From assembly GCA_965372795.1 (NCBI GenBank), contig CBDVDR010000004.1:32001-96000 (forward strand): DNA of 64,000 nucleotides. The letters are read 5' to 3'. Under the pieces are notes generated by a model, which saw only the letters and a list, made by a program, of their open reading frames with translations, made no database searches and had not been told where the DNA came from. The translations under genes and the position numbers were made by a program. This document shows, piece by piece, positions 48,576 to 59,312 of the stretch. This stretch comes from an uncultured bacterium. GTDB lineage: Bacteria > Zixibacteria > MSB-5A5 > GN15 > FEB-12. The stretch's first letter is position 1. Every line of letters starts with the position of its first letter.

Positions 48576-50399
48576 ATGTTCAATGCCTTACGAAAGATGA
48601 TTTTGCCGATTATCGTAATTGTGTTATTCTTTTTTGTCGGTATGATTATTCTCCAATGGGGTTTAGGGATGTCAAATCGACAATCATTTGTCGATCAAAA
48701 CCTGGCTGCCATTATTAACGGAGAAGAAATTAGCTGGCAACAATATAATCGTATTTTTGATAATTTGGTTCAAATCGAATATCAGAAAAACCCCGAGGCT
48801 GAGCTTTCAGACTCCCGCCGAGTTGCTTTGCAAAACGATGCCTGGAATCAACTTTTGCATGACCGTCTTATTATGCAGGAAGTTGCCAAAAGGAATATGA
48901 CTGTTACTGATGAAGAAATTTACGCTTACCTTCGTATGACCCCTCCTCCTGAACTTCAGCAAATGACAGATTTTCAGACCAATGGACAATTCGATTATCA
49001 AAAATATGTAAATACAATGGCAAACCCTCAAGCAGCTTCATTTTGGGCAAACGTCGAAAAAGCTGTTTTTAATGACATAATGAAATTAAAATTACAGGAA
49101 ATGATTATTCAGAATGCTCATATTACTGAAGAAGAAGTCAAATCCAGATTTATGTATACCGAGGAAAAAGTCAAAGTAGGTATGATCAACATTGATTATG
49201 CACGATTCTCAAGTCCTCCGCCAAAAAGCACTGATGAAGAATTAAAAGCTTATTTTGATGAAAATAAAGATAAGTACACAGTGGATGAAAAAGCATCGCT
49301 ATTAATTGCGATGTTGGAAAAAGAACCATCAGAGCTGGATCAACAAAGAATTTCAAATAAAATCAATTCCATATATGATTCCCTTGTTGACGGATCAGAT
49401 TTTGCTGAAATGGCGACCAGATACTCAGAGGACGTTACCGGTGAAAAAGGTGGAGATCTGGGTTGGTTTAATCAGGGACAGATGGTACCGGAATTTGATG
49501 AAATAGTATTCAGCTTGAAAAAAGGTGAGCTGTCTAAACCGGTTAAAACTCAGTTTGGCTGGCATATCATTATAAAACATGATGAGAAAACTGAAGATAA
49601 AACCCAAAAGGCTCATGCTTCTCATATTCTTTTAAAAGTACAATTATCTCAAGAATCATCGGATGTATTATATGATGAGATTTTTGAATTTAGAGAACTT
49701 GCTGTAAATTCAGGATTTGAACAAGCTATTCAAGAACTAGACTTCCCGGTGAAACAAACCGAGTTATTCCAAGCCAGAAGAGAAGTTCCATTTCTTGGTA
49801 GACATCAGGGTGCAAGCCAGTTTGCCTTTGAAAAAGAAGTAGGTGAATTCTCTGGTATTTTGGAAAGTAACTCAGCTTATTTTATTATTAAAGTTACCGA
49901 ACGCATACCGAGTGGATTGGCTTCTTTTGATGAATCAAAACAAAAAGTAATTTTTGATATTTTAAATTACAAAGTTTCTAATATTTGTCGTGATACAGCA
50001 GCCGCAATTTATAGTGACATCTTAAACGGCAGTTCTATTAAAGATGCAGCCAAAAATCATGGCGAAGAATACACCGTTTCTGATCCTTTTGATCGCGGCA
50101 GCTTTGTTAAAGAACTTAGGAGAGACCCAAATGCTATGGGAGCCGCATTCTCTATGGATGAAGTCGGTCAACACTCTGTTCCGGTTGATTATGATCAAGG
50201 TACTGTAATTTTTGAACTGCTTGAAAGAACCGCACCGGAATTGGAAGAATATACAGCCAAACATGATTCTATTTATAATGCTCTTCTTGTTTCAAAACAG
50301 AGAGAACTCTACGGCAGATGGTTTGAATTACTTTTGAAAAATTCCGAAGTTGAAAACAACATTCCTTCCGTTCTTTCAAAAGCCGATGATTATTTATAA
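48576..50399 (+). CDS. ppiD: PpiD/SurA-type periplasmic peptidyl-prolyl isomerase
   Basis: N-terminal TM anchor, SurA_N-like region, parvulin GGDLGWF..MVPEF..TQFGWHII. Confidence 0.88.
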   Translation: MFNALRKMILPIIVIVLFFFVGMIILQWGLGMSNRQSFVDQNLAAIINGEEISWQQYNRIFDNLVQIEYQKNPEAELSDSRRVALQNDAWNQLLHDRLIMQEVAKRNMTVTDEEIYAYLRMTPPPELQQMTDFQTNGQFDYQKYVNTMANPQAASFWANVEKAVFNDIMKLKLQEMIIQNAHITEEEVKSRFMYTEEKVKVGMINIDYARFSSPPPKSTDEELKAYFDENKDKYTVDEKASLLIAMLEKEPSELDQQRISNKINSIYDSLVDGSDFAEMATRYSEDVTGEKGGDLGWFNQGQMVPEFDEIVFSLKKGELSKPVKTQFGWHIIIKHDEKTEDKTQKAHASHILLKVQLSQESSDVLYDEIFEFRELAVNSGFEQAIQELDFPVKQTELFQARREVPFLGRHQGASQFAFEKEVGEFSGILESNSAYFIIKVTERIPSGLASFDESKQKVIFDILNYKVSNICRDTAAAIYSDILNGSSIKDAAKNHGEEYTVSDPFDRGSFVKELRRDPNAMGAAFSMDEVGQHSVPVDYDQGTVIFELLERTAPELEEYTAKHDSIYNALLVSKQRELYGRWFELLLKNSEVENNIPSVLSKADDYL

Positions 50400-50415
50400 T
50401 AATTAAGTAGACTTC

Positions 50416-50673
50416 TTAAAGGCTCCCTGATTTTATGGGAGCCTTTTTTATTACCATGATTAATCTTGCCAATGCGGCGGCAGCCCAGACAAATTCCAAA
50501 ACTATAAATGGAATAATCCCATCTAACACAGCATAGTAGCCTGCCAACAAGGCACCAATAATATTCATTGTAAGATACATCGGACTAAGCTCTGTTAGTT
50601 TCCCAATTATATTTAATGCAAAGGCCGTCAGGAGGATTAAAACTCCAAAAGACCCAATCCATAACGGATTCAT
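50416..50673 (-). CDS. Small three-TM membrane protein, CBU_0592-like
   Basis: IGSFGV..LL.AF..Y..MNIIGA..PFIVLEFVW. Confidence 0.8.
   Translation of the reverse strand: MNPLWIGSFGVLILLTAFALNIIGKLTELSPMYLTMNIIGALLAGYYAVLDGIIPFIVLEFVWAAAALARLIMVIKKAPIKSGSL
50420..50449 (+). terminator. Terminator after ppiD, inside the convergent ORF
   Basis: AGGCTCCC...GGGAGCCTTTTTT. Confidence 0.75.
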
Positions 50674-50745
50674 AAATTATCCCTTTCAATAAAAAAAGCC
50701 TTCCAAATTGATATCGGAAGGCTTCTCATAATAATTATCATGCGA

Positions 50746-52422
50746 TTATAAATTTGTATAATTCGGACCTTCACCGCCTTGGGGAGTAACCCAGCGAATA
50801 ACCTGATAAGGATCAGCGATATCACATGTTTTGCAATGGACACAATTTGAAGGTGTTAATTGGAGTTTCAACTTCCCTTCACGATCAGGATCATCAACCA
50901 TTTGATAGACCTCTGCCGGACAAAAATGCTGGCAAGGATTACCGTATTCTTTGGTGCATTGATTATTACATATATCATAATCAGCTATTACCAGATGTGA
51001 AGGCTGTTCTTCTTCATGCATTGTCCCTGATTTATAAACATCGGTCAGTTTGTCGAAGTAATATTCGTTATCAAACTTTACTGAATCCTTCTTAGGCGGT
51101 GAACCAAACTTCTCTTTGTATTCATCAGTTTTCATCATGTAGGTATGGTCGGGGTTGTTTACTCTCCGGTTAAATAAACCAGAACCACCGGTAAGAATTT
51201 GCATCATGCCATGAAACATTCCAGAGAATAAGCCGCCTTTAAAGCCGGCGTGGAAATTTCTGGTTTTATAGAGTTCTTTTTTTGCCCAGCTATTATCGAA
51301 TTTAGTTTGGTATGATTTTAAAGATTCAGAAGAAAAATCATCTTTCTTCAAAGCCTCAAAGATACTCTCAGCCGCCATTATTCCAGATTTTATAGCGAGA
51401 TGAATACCTTTTAGTCGGGCCGGGTTCAACATCCCTGCTGAATCTCCACAAAGTAATAACCCGTCATGATACAATTTGGGAACAGAAAAATAACCATTAT
51501 CAGGGATAGTCTTAGCCCCATAATGAAGCATCTTGCCCCCTTCAAGAATTTTTTTAACAATTGGATGCTTCTTATATAACTGAAATTTCATATGCGGGTC
51601 GTTTTGTGGGTCGGGCGAATTTAATCCGGCTGCAAATCCAATGGAAACCATATTATTTGCCATACCATACAGCCAACTTCCACCATACTCATTATTCGGG
51701 AGCGGCCAACCAAAAGTATGAATTACCTGTCCGGGTTTGATTCTACCTTCCGGCACTTCCCAAACTTCTTTGACACCGGTGAGATATGCCTGAGGTAAGC
51801 TATCTTTTACAAGTTCAGGAATTTTTTCAAATGCCTGCCGAGTCAGCGATCCATGCACACCCTCACAAAGAATTGTAACTTTTGCTTTTATGATTGAACC
51901 CGGTTCAAAATTAGAACGTTGTTTTCCCTCTTTATCTAAGCCCATATCAACAGTTTGAACACCGGTAACTTTACCATCTTCAATAATGAGATCATACCCG
52001 GCTAAACCGGCAAAAATATCGACTCCGACTGATTCCACCTGCTCACCTAGCCAGGCCGTTAGTTTATTTAGAGAAACCACGTAACAACCATGGTTATTTA
52101 ATGAAGGTGGAGTAAACGGTAATTTTGTTGCGCCATTTTCTGATAGATAATAAAGTGCTTCGTTGGTAACTTCTGCCTCAAGAGGAGCAGATTTTTCTTT
52201 ATAATCAGGGATAAGTTCAGCTAATCCTTTCGGATCCATCACTGCCCCGGAAAGTGAATGCGCCCCCACATACGAACCTTTATCTATAAATAATATTTCG
52301 GGCATTTCCTGCGAATCATCGCTATTAATCATCTCAGCTAATTTATAAGCCAGAGATAATCCCGCAGGTCCGGCTCCAACAATTAGTATCTCAGTTTCAA
52401 GGATTTCTCTTTGGAATTCCAT
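50746..52422 (-). CDS. Electron transfer flavoprotein-ubiquinone oxidoreductase
   Basis: GAGPAG FAD motif, KGIHLAIKSG, FCPAEVY, CVHCKTC 4Fe-4S motif. Confidence 0.95.
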   Translation of the reverse strand: MEFQREILETEILIVGAGPAGLSLAYKLAEMINSDDSQEMPEILFIDKGSYVGAHSLSGAVMDPKGLAELIPDYKEKSAPLEAEVTNEALYYLSENGATKLPFTPPSLNNHGCYVVSLNKLTAWLGEQVESVGVDIFAGLAGYDLIIEDGKVTGVQTVDMGLDKEGKQRSNFEPGSIIKAKVTILCEGVHGSLTRQAFEKIPELVKDSLPQAYLTGVKEVWEVPEGRIKPGQVIHTFGWPLPNNEYGGSWLYGMANNMVSIGFAAGLNSPDPQNDPHMKFQLYKKHPIVKKILEGGKMLHYGAKTIPDNGYFSVPKLYHDGLLLCGDSAGMLNPARLKGIHLAIKSGIMAAESIFEALKKDDFSSESLKSYQTKFDNSWAKKELYKTRNFHAGFKGGLFSGMFHGMMQILTGGSGLFNRRVNNPDHTYMMKTDEYKEKFGSPPKKDSVKFDNEYYFDKLTDVYKSGTMHEEEQPSHLVIADYDICNNQCTKEYGNPCQHFCPAEVYQMVDDPDREGKLKLQLTPSNCVHCKTCDIADPYQVIRWVTPQGGEGPNYTNL

Positions 52423-52513
52423 ATAACACCTTCTAAATAAATGTTATATCGAATATAACTAATCATAGGTGTGAAAAAAAGCACAAAGATTTGTTAATTT
52501 AGAAATTAACTAA

Positions 52514-52999
52514 TTATTTACGAGTGGAAGATCCATGCCTGGAAGAATTTCTTCCCTGATGACCTCTGTTGGAAGAGCTTTTGCCATAAGAGGATCGCGT
52601 ATTGAAGCTTCTCGATTCTATAACTTCACTCTCGCCATTCTTGTTGATTTGAAGCATATCAGCAATTTTTTGTTTGTCACAGCCAACGGTTACAAGTCTC
52701 TTAGAACAAATAATGGGCTTTTTAATCAACGTATGATCCTGCACCATTAACTCATATACTTCAGTTCTTGATGGTAATTCCTTGTCCAATCCATTCTTTT
52801 TATATGAATCAGATGAGGTATTCAAAAAGTGATTCAGGTCCAAAAATCCAATAATACGATTAAGATCTGATACGCTCAATGGATTTTTTTCGATATCTCT
52901 ACTCTCAAGTAAAATACCGGAATCCTGAATGAATTTTTTAACTTCAGCACAGGGACCCTGTTCACCGTAAGAATAAAATTGTGCTCTGCGGGGTGCCAT
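52514..52999 (-). CDS. ArsC/Spx/YffB-family protein with basic Ser/Arg-rich tail
   Basis: RDIEKNPLS..LNTSSDSYK..LIKKPII. Confidence 0.8.
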   Translation of the reverse strand: MAPRRAQFYSYGEQGPCAEVKKFIQDSGILLESRDIEKNPLSVSDLNRIIGFLDLNHFLNTSSDSYKKNGLDKELPSRTEVYELMVQDHTLIKKPIICSKRLVTVGCDKQKIADMLQINKNGESEVIESRSFNTRSSYGKSSSNRGHQGRNSSRHGSSTRK

Positions 53000-53399
53000 A
53001 ATTCCTCCAATAAAATATATTATTATAAAATTTTCGTAATAAAGTCAGTTTATACTGATATAATTAAAGTTTTAAAAAGTAAAGGCCTTGACAAATTTTA
53101 AAAAATAATCTTTGAATTGGCGAAAACCTTAATAGACTGGCAACAAATAGTTTTTTTTCAATTTGTCAATAAAAAACTAAAAAATCGACCATTTACTTTC
53201 TTAGAAATAATCTCGATTTTGGGTGCAAGCCTTAACCTACACTTATGTAAAAAACTAATTAAAATAAAAGTCATGTTATGATTACTTTTTCGAGAAAATC
53301 TATTAAGAAACTTTATACCTACATAAATATAACGTAAGTTTCTCGAAAAATGTTCATTATTTTTTGTATCTTATATCCCTAACGATCTAATCATCTAAT

Positions 53400-54017
53400 T
53401 TAGATTCGAAGAGCTACCCCAATTCCATCTCTTATCGGCATAATAGTTGTGTAAAATCGACTATCATTATAAAGATTTTGAGTGAATTCAATTATTGCTG
53501 TAGTCTCTTTATCGGGCTTTTTATCACATACTTTACCAGACCAAATTAAGTTATCAGTAATAAATACTCCGCCTTTGCGGAGCTTTGATGCGGCAATGTC
53601 AATTGTTTTGGGATAATCTATTTTATCAATATCATTTAAAATAATATCAAATTGACCGTCAATCTTCTTAGCTACTCGAATTGCATCCCCGACTTTGAAA
53701 TCGAACTGACTTTGTAAACCAGCTTTTTTGAAAAAATCAAAAGCCATTTTCTTATTATTCTTGTCAGTATCTGTCATGGTAATATGCCCTTTGCCTTTTG
53801 TTGCTAAGGAAAACCAAAAAGCAGAATATCCAAAACCTGACCCTAATTCGAGAATTTTACGAGCTTTGATAGTTGTTGTCATCTGATATAAATAACGACC
53901 AACAAGCGGACCAATAATTGGGAAATCATTTTCCAGTGCGAAATGTTCCATCTCTTTTAGAACAGCCGGCCGTTCAGGGATAATTTTTTCAAGATAAGTA
54001 TGGACTTTTTTAAACAT
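53400..54017 (-). CDS. SAM-dependent O-methyltransferase
   Basis: ILELGSGFGYS, DIDK..Y, DNLIWSG. Confidence 0.92.
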   Translation of the reverse strand: MFKKVHTYLEKIIPERPAVLKEMEHFALENDFPIIGPLVGRYLYQMTTTIKARKILELGSGFGYSAFWFSLATKGKGHITMTDTDKNNKKMAFDFFKKAGLQSQFDFKVGDAIRVAKKIDGQFDIILNDIDKIDYPKTIDIAASKLRKGGVFITDNLIWSGKVCDKKPDKETTAIIEFTQNLYNDSRFYTTIMPIRDGIGVALRI

Positions 54018-54027
54018 AATTATATAC

Positions 54028-54348
54028 CTAATTCATAATCAAAAAAACTTGATCGTCAATAACTTCAACTTCGTATCTTTTCAATTTAAACTTATCATCT
54101 GTTAAGCAGTTCCCATTATTCAAGTCATATTTCCAGCCATGCCACGGGCAGGTAATTGTTTGGTCAACAATTGATCCTTTTGCCATGGAAGCTTTCATAT
54201 GTTTACACTCTGATTCAAACCCAATAAATTTCCCATCCAGATTTGCAACTGCGATTCTCTTTGCGAGAATACGCTTTTCAATAATTTTACCAGGAGGGAA
54301 CTCACTGATTTTTCCCATTTTAATTTTCTGATTTTTTATCATACCCAT
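54028..54348 (-). CDS. Rieske 2Fe-2S ferredoxin
   Basis: CKH and CPWH ligands. Confidence 0.92.
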   Translation of the reverse strand: MGMIKNQKIKMGKISEFPPGKIIEKRILAKRIAVANLDGKFIGFESECKHMKASMAKGSIVDQTITCPWHGWKYDLNNGNCLTDDKFKLKRYEVEVIDDQVFLIMN

Positions 54349-54457
54349 AAAAATATAATTGTCAGTGAATTATCTATTGAATATCAAATAGAATGTACAA
54401 TATCAAACACGTGTTTAATTAAAGATAGCAATATTTATTGAAAAAGCAATGACTAAC

Positions 54458-56695
54458 TCAGGAAGTTACTAAATCTTTTTCTTTTTCAGACAACTTGTCA
54501 ACTATTGTCTTTGTAATTGCTTTTGACTTACGTTTTCTTTCATACATTGACCATGCACCTGAGAAAAAGACCAAAAATGTTCCGAACCAGAATAAGTTAA
54601 TAAGCGGTTTTTCGGAAAGCTCGATAACAAGTGAGGCTTCTTCAATATCTGCCTGCGATAAAAAATCACCTGTGACTTCAAGCATAACTGATCCGTCTTC
54701 CGGGTTCACACCGGCAATCAAAATACTTGCTTTATTATAATCAAAAGTTACAGCAACCGGGTCAACACCCATTTTTGTGACCTCTAAGTATGGTTCAATT
54801 ACTTCTGATTTACCATCATATTCAACGGTTAACAATGCTGTCGCTTTAGAGAGAGATTCCGTATCACCATGACTATCAAGTTCGAAATCTTTAAAAGTCA
54901 GTTTGTATTTATCAATTATAGCAGATGCACCTTTTTGAAGAGAGATAATTGATCTATCAGAATCCTGACCAGGTTTAAAAGCGACCGGTGCCAGATAAAG
55001 ATCATAGGCTGCCCTTTTTTCCACATGAGGTTTCTTCATGACTCCGTCACTATTTTTTGGAAATTCATGAGGTAATATGGCAACAAAATCCATACCTTTT
55101 CCCTCTACCTCTACATGGCAATTAAATCCTTTTGGATTATCAACCGATTCGACAAACTTCAACTGATATCCCATAGCATTTACAATTTCGTTTTGAGGAA
55201 GAGTAATCGTTTTCTTCGTTTCGAATCCGGCTGATGCTGCCGCACCGATAAGAGCAATGGCAAGTCCAACATGAGAAAAATAGCCGGGTTGAATTCTTCT
55301 TTTCTTGCTATTAACAAAAATCACATATCCATTAGCTGTTATTGCTGAAACAGCAAATGAAAAGAATAATAAATAAATAAATTCAGAGGTTATGCCGGTG
55401 ATCAACAAAATTAAAGTTGTCAGTACAGCAGCAATTCCTCCAAGTTTTAGAATAATTGGCTTTGAGATTCCTTCATTCCATTTGAATGCCGGAAATATAG
55501 AAATCAAAAATAACAGGACGATTGCTATTGGAGTCATTGTTGCAAAATAGTAAGATAAACCAACATTTGAAGGGTTATCAGTCATTCTCGATAACAAGGG
55601 TGCTGAGGTTCCCAAAAGAATAAGTACGCCACCAACGAAAAGGATTAAAACTCCGATTGTAACTAAATATGATCGGGAGTTAATTTTAGAAAATGACGGC
55701 TCGGGCGAAATATCTTGCCATCGATAAAGAAGTAGAAATAAGCCCATTCCAATAAAGAATATTAATCCACCCGTAAGATATTGATTTATCCCCAGATCGA
55801 CAAATGAATGAACTGAAAAATCAGCTAGCACTCCCGAACGGGTCAAAAAAGTACCATAGAGAACTGACCAGAAAGTTAAACTGACTATAAACAGAGAGAA
55901 TCGCAACAATCCCCTTCGCTGTCTTTTAATAAATAACGAATGTATCTGAGTCGTTAAAAATACCCAGGGAATGAAAGAGGAATTCTCAACCGGATCCCAT
56001 GCCCAGAAGCCACCCCAACCCAAAGTCTTATATGCCCAGTAACCTCCCATTACCAAAGAGGTACCCAGCGCAACCCAGGCAAACATAGTCCATTTCCGAG
56101 CATATTCCGCCCATAAATTGTATTTCCGTTCAACCAGAGCTGTCATCGCAAAGCAGAATGGAAATACCACTGCTGCAAAACCTACAAACATTATCGGAGG
56201 ATGAATCGTCATCCAAAAATTTTGTAATAATGGATTTAAACCCTGCCCCTCTGATTGAGCCACTGGCAAAAGTTCAAAAGGTGATTTTTTTAAGAGTATC
56301 AATATAATCGAAATGATAAATAAATTCAAAAAGACCATATTTCCCTTTTCGAATTTTCCTGATGTATACATCATTACCAATCCAAAAATCGATGCAAAAA
56401 ATATCCAGAGTAAAAAGGTTCCTTCCTGGCCACCCCATAAAGTTGCAATCAAATACCCCAAAGGCAGATCGGTGGAAGAATAAGAAAATACATAGGCAAC
56501 AGAAAAGTTATGGGATAAAATTAGATACATTAAATCAAAAATAGCCAGACACAAAAACATTGTTGTCATAACATAGAACCCGCGGGCAAGGTTATGAAGG
56601 TCCTCTTTGCCTCTCCAGAATAATATATATAGAGCCATTGATGCTATTGCACAACTTAAGGCTGCAAATATAAACAGATCACCAAAATTTGGCAT
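54458..56695 (-). CDS. ccmF: Cytochrome c-type biogenesis heme lyase CcmF/NrfE
   Basis: WGGQEG, IHPP, WAY..LGWGGFWAWDPVEN, SVHSF. Confidence 0.95.
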   Translation of the reverse strand: MPNFGDLFIFAALSCAIASMALYILFWRGKEDLHNLARGFYVMTTMFLCLAIFDLMYLILSHNFSVAYVFSYSSTDLPLGYLIATLWGGQEGTFLLWIFFASIFGLVMMYTSGKFEKGNMVFLNLFIISIILILLKKSPFELLPVAQSEGQGLNPLLQNFWMTIHPPIMFVGFAAVVFPFCFAMTALVERKYNLWAEYARKWTMFAWVALGTSLVMGGYWAYKTLGWGGFWAWDPVENSSFIPWVFLTTQIHSLFIKRQRRGLLRFSLFIVSLTFWSVLYGTFLTRSGVLADFSVHSFVDLGINQYLTGGLIFFIGMGLFLLLYRWQDISPEPSFSKINSRSYLVTIGVLILFVGGVLILLGTSAPLLSRMTDNPSNVGLSYYFATMTPIAIVLLFLISIFPAFKWNEGISKPIILKLGGIAAVLTTLILLITGITSEFIYLLFFSFAVSAITANGYVIFVNSKKRRIQPGYFSHVGLAIALIGAAASAGFETKKTITLPQNEIVNAMGYQLKFVESVDNPKGFNCHVEVEGKGMDFVAILPHEFPKNSDGVMKKPHVEKRAAYDLYLAPVAFKPGQDSDRSIISLQKGASAIIDKYKLTFKDFELDSHGDTESLSKATALLTVEYDGKSEVIEPYLEVTKMGVDPVAVTFDYNKASILIAGVNPEDGSVMLEVTGDFLSQADIEEASLVIELSEKPLINLFWFGTFLVFFSGAWSMYERKRKSKAITKTIVDKLSEKEKDLVTS

Positions 56696-56732
56696 ACATT
56701 GCTCCTTTTAGTCCATTTTGTACATAAAAAAT

Positions 56733-57653
56733 TTACTTTTCTATTACCTTTTCACGACGCTTGCGTCGTTCAGTAGTTATTACTTCTACATTTTCATCAG
56801 ATAAATCAAGAAGTTTGCTGATCACTTCATCAACCAAAAACTGTGGTGTTGAAGCTCCGGCAGAAATACCAACCGATTCAATAGATGAGTTTTCATCAAA
56901 CAGGCTCACATCAATATCCTCAGCTGAGCCTATAAGTATCCCTTTACCACATATGGCGTTAGCTATTTTAGCCAGTCTCTTTGAGTTAGCTGAACTTTGA
57001 GACCCAACGACTAAAACTATATCAACTTGAGGGGCTAAATCCATAATTGCCGATTGTCGCTGACTGGTTGCATTACAAATTGTATTAAAAATTTCAATAT
57101 GTGGCCACTTTTCTTGAGCCATTTTTATTATATCTTCAAATGACTCCTGATGAGCAGTAGTTTGAACGGTCAACCCTAATTTGGTATCCTTAAAATCTGG
57201 TAATGCAAGAAGTTCTTCAGGATTGGCAGCCACTGTAATATTATCCGGTGCATGACCGACAATGCCTTGAGTTTCATCATGGCTTGGATCACCATAATGG
57301 ATCACATGGTAACCATTTTTGATTACTTTTAGAATAATCTCATAAATTCTCTCAACCAAAGGACAAGTCGCATCTATAACTTTTAAACCTTTTTCTTTCG
57401 CCGATTCAATTACAGCCGGAGCAACGCCATGGGCTGATATAATTAATGTACCATCCTTGATACTATCCAAATTCGTAGCCTGACCGACTCCCATATCTAT
57501 AAATTTATTCACGACTGCTTCATTATGCACAATTTCGTTCATAATGGTAACTTGACCTTTTTCACTGGAAGCAGTTTCTTCTGCTATGTTGATCGCTCTT
57601 TTAACGCCCATACAGAAACCCTGATGGCGCGCCATAATTATTTTTTTTAGCAT
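56733..57653 (-). CDS. ispH: 4-hydroxy-3-methylbut-2-enyl diphosphate reductase
   Basis: GFCMGV, DATCPLV, TICNAT, SANS. Confidence 0.97.
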   Translation of the reverse strand: MLKKIIMARHQGFCMGVKRAINIAEETASSEKGQVTIMNEIVHNEAVVNKFIDMGVGQATNLDSIKDGTLIISAHGVAPAVIESAKEKGLKVIDATCPLVERIYEIILKVIKNGYHVIHYGDPSHDETQGIVGHAPDNITVAANPEELLALPDFKDTKLGLTVQTTAHQESFEDIIKMAQEKWPHIEIFNTICNATSQRQSAIMDLAPQVDIVLVVGSQSSANSKRLAKIANAICGKGILIGSAEDIDVSLFDENSSIESVGISAGASTPQFLVDEVISKLLDLSDENVEVITTERRKRREKVIEK

Positions 57654-58609
57654 GCTTTTTCCAAAAGTATTTTAGATTGATTAAATGCTTTATAAGAACT
57701 TCTGACCATCGGACCGGCTTCAACATGTCCAAAACCGATATCCTTTCCAATTTTGGCAAGTTCTGTAAATTCATCCGGATGGTAATATTTTTCTACCGGA
57801 AGATGAGATTCCGAAGGTCGTAAATACTGACCGATAGTTAAAATATCACACCCGGTGGAATAAATCTGATGCATCAGTTCTATTAGTTCATCGATATTTT
57901 CACCCAAGCCGACCATAAATCCTGTTTTTATTATTGGACGTGGGGAATAGTTTGAAGCAAATCTTAAGACTCCCAGAGAGCGGTCAAGTTTCGCTTTACC
58001 CCGAACTCTTTTATGAAGTCTTTGCACTGTCTCTACATTATGAGCAAATACGTCTACCCCGCTGTCGAGAACAATTTTAATAAGATTTTCATCACCGCTA
58101 AAATCTGGAACGAGGAATTCTACTTTAACTTCTTTATCCTGCCTTCGGAGGAGATCAATAGTCCGGGCAAAAATTGACGCTCCTCCATCAGGCAAGTCAT
58201 CTCTTGTGACAGAGGTGATAACAACTTGTTTTAATTCAAGCTTAGCTACCACATCGACAATTCGCTGCGGTTCCTCATTATCCAACCCCAGCGGCTTGGC
58301 TTTTATAACATCACAAAAATTACACATCCGGGTGCAATGTTTACCCAGAATCATAAAAGTAGCTGTCCCTTCATCCCAACATTCACGAATATTAGGACAG
58401 GCCGCTTCCTGGCAAACGGAATGTAAACCATGCTCGGCAAGAATATTTTTGACCCGCTTATAATTCGGACCAAGGTAAGCTGTGGTTTTCATCCAACGCG
58501 GAAGTGAAACCTTCGGAACCATGGCTCTTTCTTTTTGAGAAGGAGCTTTTGGGTTTTCAGCAAAAGCTGATTTTTGGCCAACCGATTGTGTAAATAAGAC
58601 TTTATGCAT
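57647..58609 (-). CDS. lipA: Lipoyl synthase
   Basis: CQEAACPNIREC plus CTRMCNFC; RSSY. Confidence 0.97.
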   Translation of the reverse strand: MHKVLFTQSVGQKSAFAENPKAPSQKERAMVPKVSLPRWMKTTAYLGPNYKRVKNILAEHGLHSVCQEAACPNIRECWDEGTATFMILGKHCTRMCNFCDVIKAKPLGLDNEEPQRIVDVVAKLELKQVVITSVTRDDLPDGGASIFARTIDLLRRQDKEVKVEFLVPDFSGDENLIKIVLDSGVDVFAHNVETVQRLHKRVRGKAKLDRSLGVLRFASNYSPRPIIKTGFMVGLGENIDELIELMHQIYSTGCDILTIGQYLRPSESHLPVEKYYHPDEFTELAKIGKDIGFGHVEAGPMVRSSYKAFNQSKILLEKAC

Positions 58610-58635
58610 CTATTTAGTATATTATTAAATAACGT

Positions 58636-59232
58636 TTAATCCAGTAAAAACTTTTGTAAAAAATACTCCAACAATTTTGTATTATTTTCAAGCTCCGAGT
58701 GGAAAGAACTTGCCAAAACATTATCTTCTTTGACTAATACGGAAGAATTTTTAAAATCTGCAAGTTTTGTAACCTTTTCACCTACTCTTACAACTTTGGG
58801 AGCTCGAATAAACGAGACTATCAGCTTATTTCCATTTTCAAAGAGCTTTGTTTTAAGTTCGGTTTCAAAAGAAAATATCTGTCTTCCATAACCGTTCCTG
58901 ATAACATCAATATCAATGGCACCAAGAGATTTTATATTCGCTTGATTATCGACCACATTTTTTGCCAGCATAATCATACCGGCACAGGTGCCCCATACTG
59001 GCTTTGAACAGACAAATTCAGTAAGTGGTTCCCTTAAATTGAATCTATCTAAAAGAATATTCATGGTGGTTGATTCACCACCCGGAATGATTAAAGAATC
59101 AATTGTTTTTAGCTGTTCGGGCAGTTTAATCTCTTTGCCACGAGCTCCAATCAGACTAATCTGGTTCAAATGCCTTTCGTAGTCACCTTGGAGGGCAAGG
59201 ACCCCGATATTTATATTTTTGTATATGTTCAT
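58636..59232 (-). CDS. pdxT: PLP synthase glutaminase subunit
   Basis: GVLALQG, PGGEST, GTCAG, FHSE. Confidence 0.96.
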   Translation of the reverse strand: MNIYKNINIGVLALQGDYERHLNQISLIGARGKEIKLPEQLKTIDSLIIPGGESTTMNILLDRFNLREPLTEFVCSKPVWGTCAGMIMLAKNVVDNQANIKSLGAIDIDVIRNGYGRQIFSFETELKTKLFENGNKLIVSFIRAPKVVRVGEKVTKLADFKNSSVLVKEDNVLASSFHSELENNTKLLEYFLQKFLLD

Positions 59233-59312
59233 AATCTTTAAACAATCATAGTTGTAATTTCAAGGAAAATAAAGCGAAAAAATACGGTTCAAGTGATGAA
59301 ATTAAATCCAAC

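Noticed and set aside
48483..54416. Perfect 12-bp palindromes ATATTGCAATAT (48483-48494) and AAACACGTGTTT (54405-54416) in intergenic DNA
   Set aside because: Single occurrences in AT-rich DNA with no second copy or identifiable regulator.
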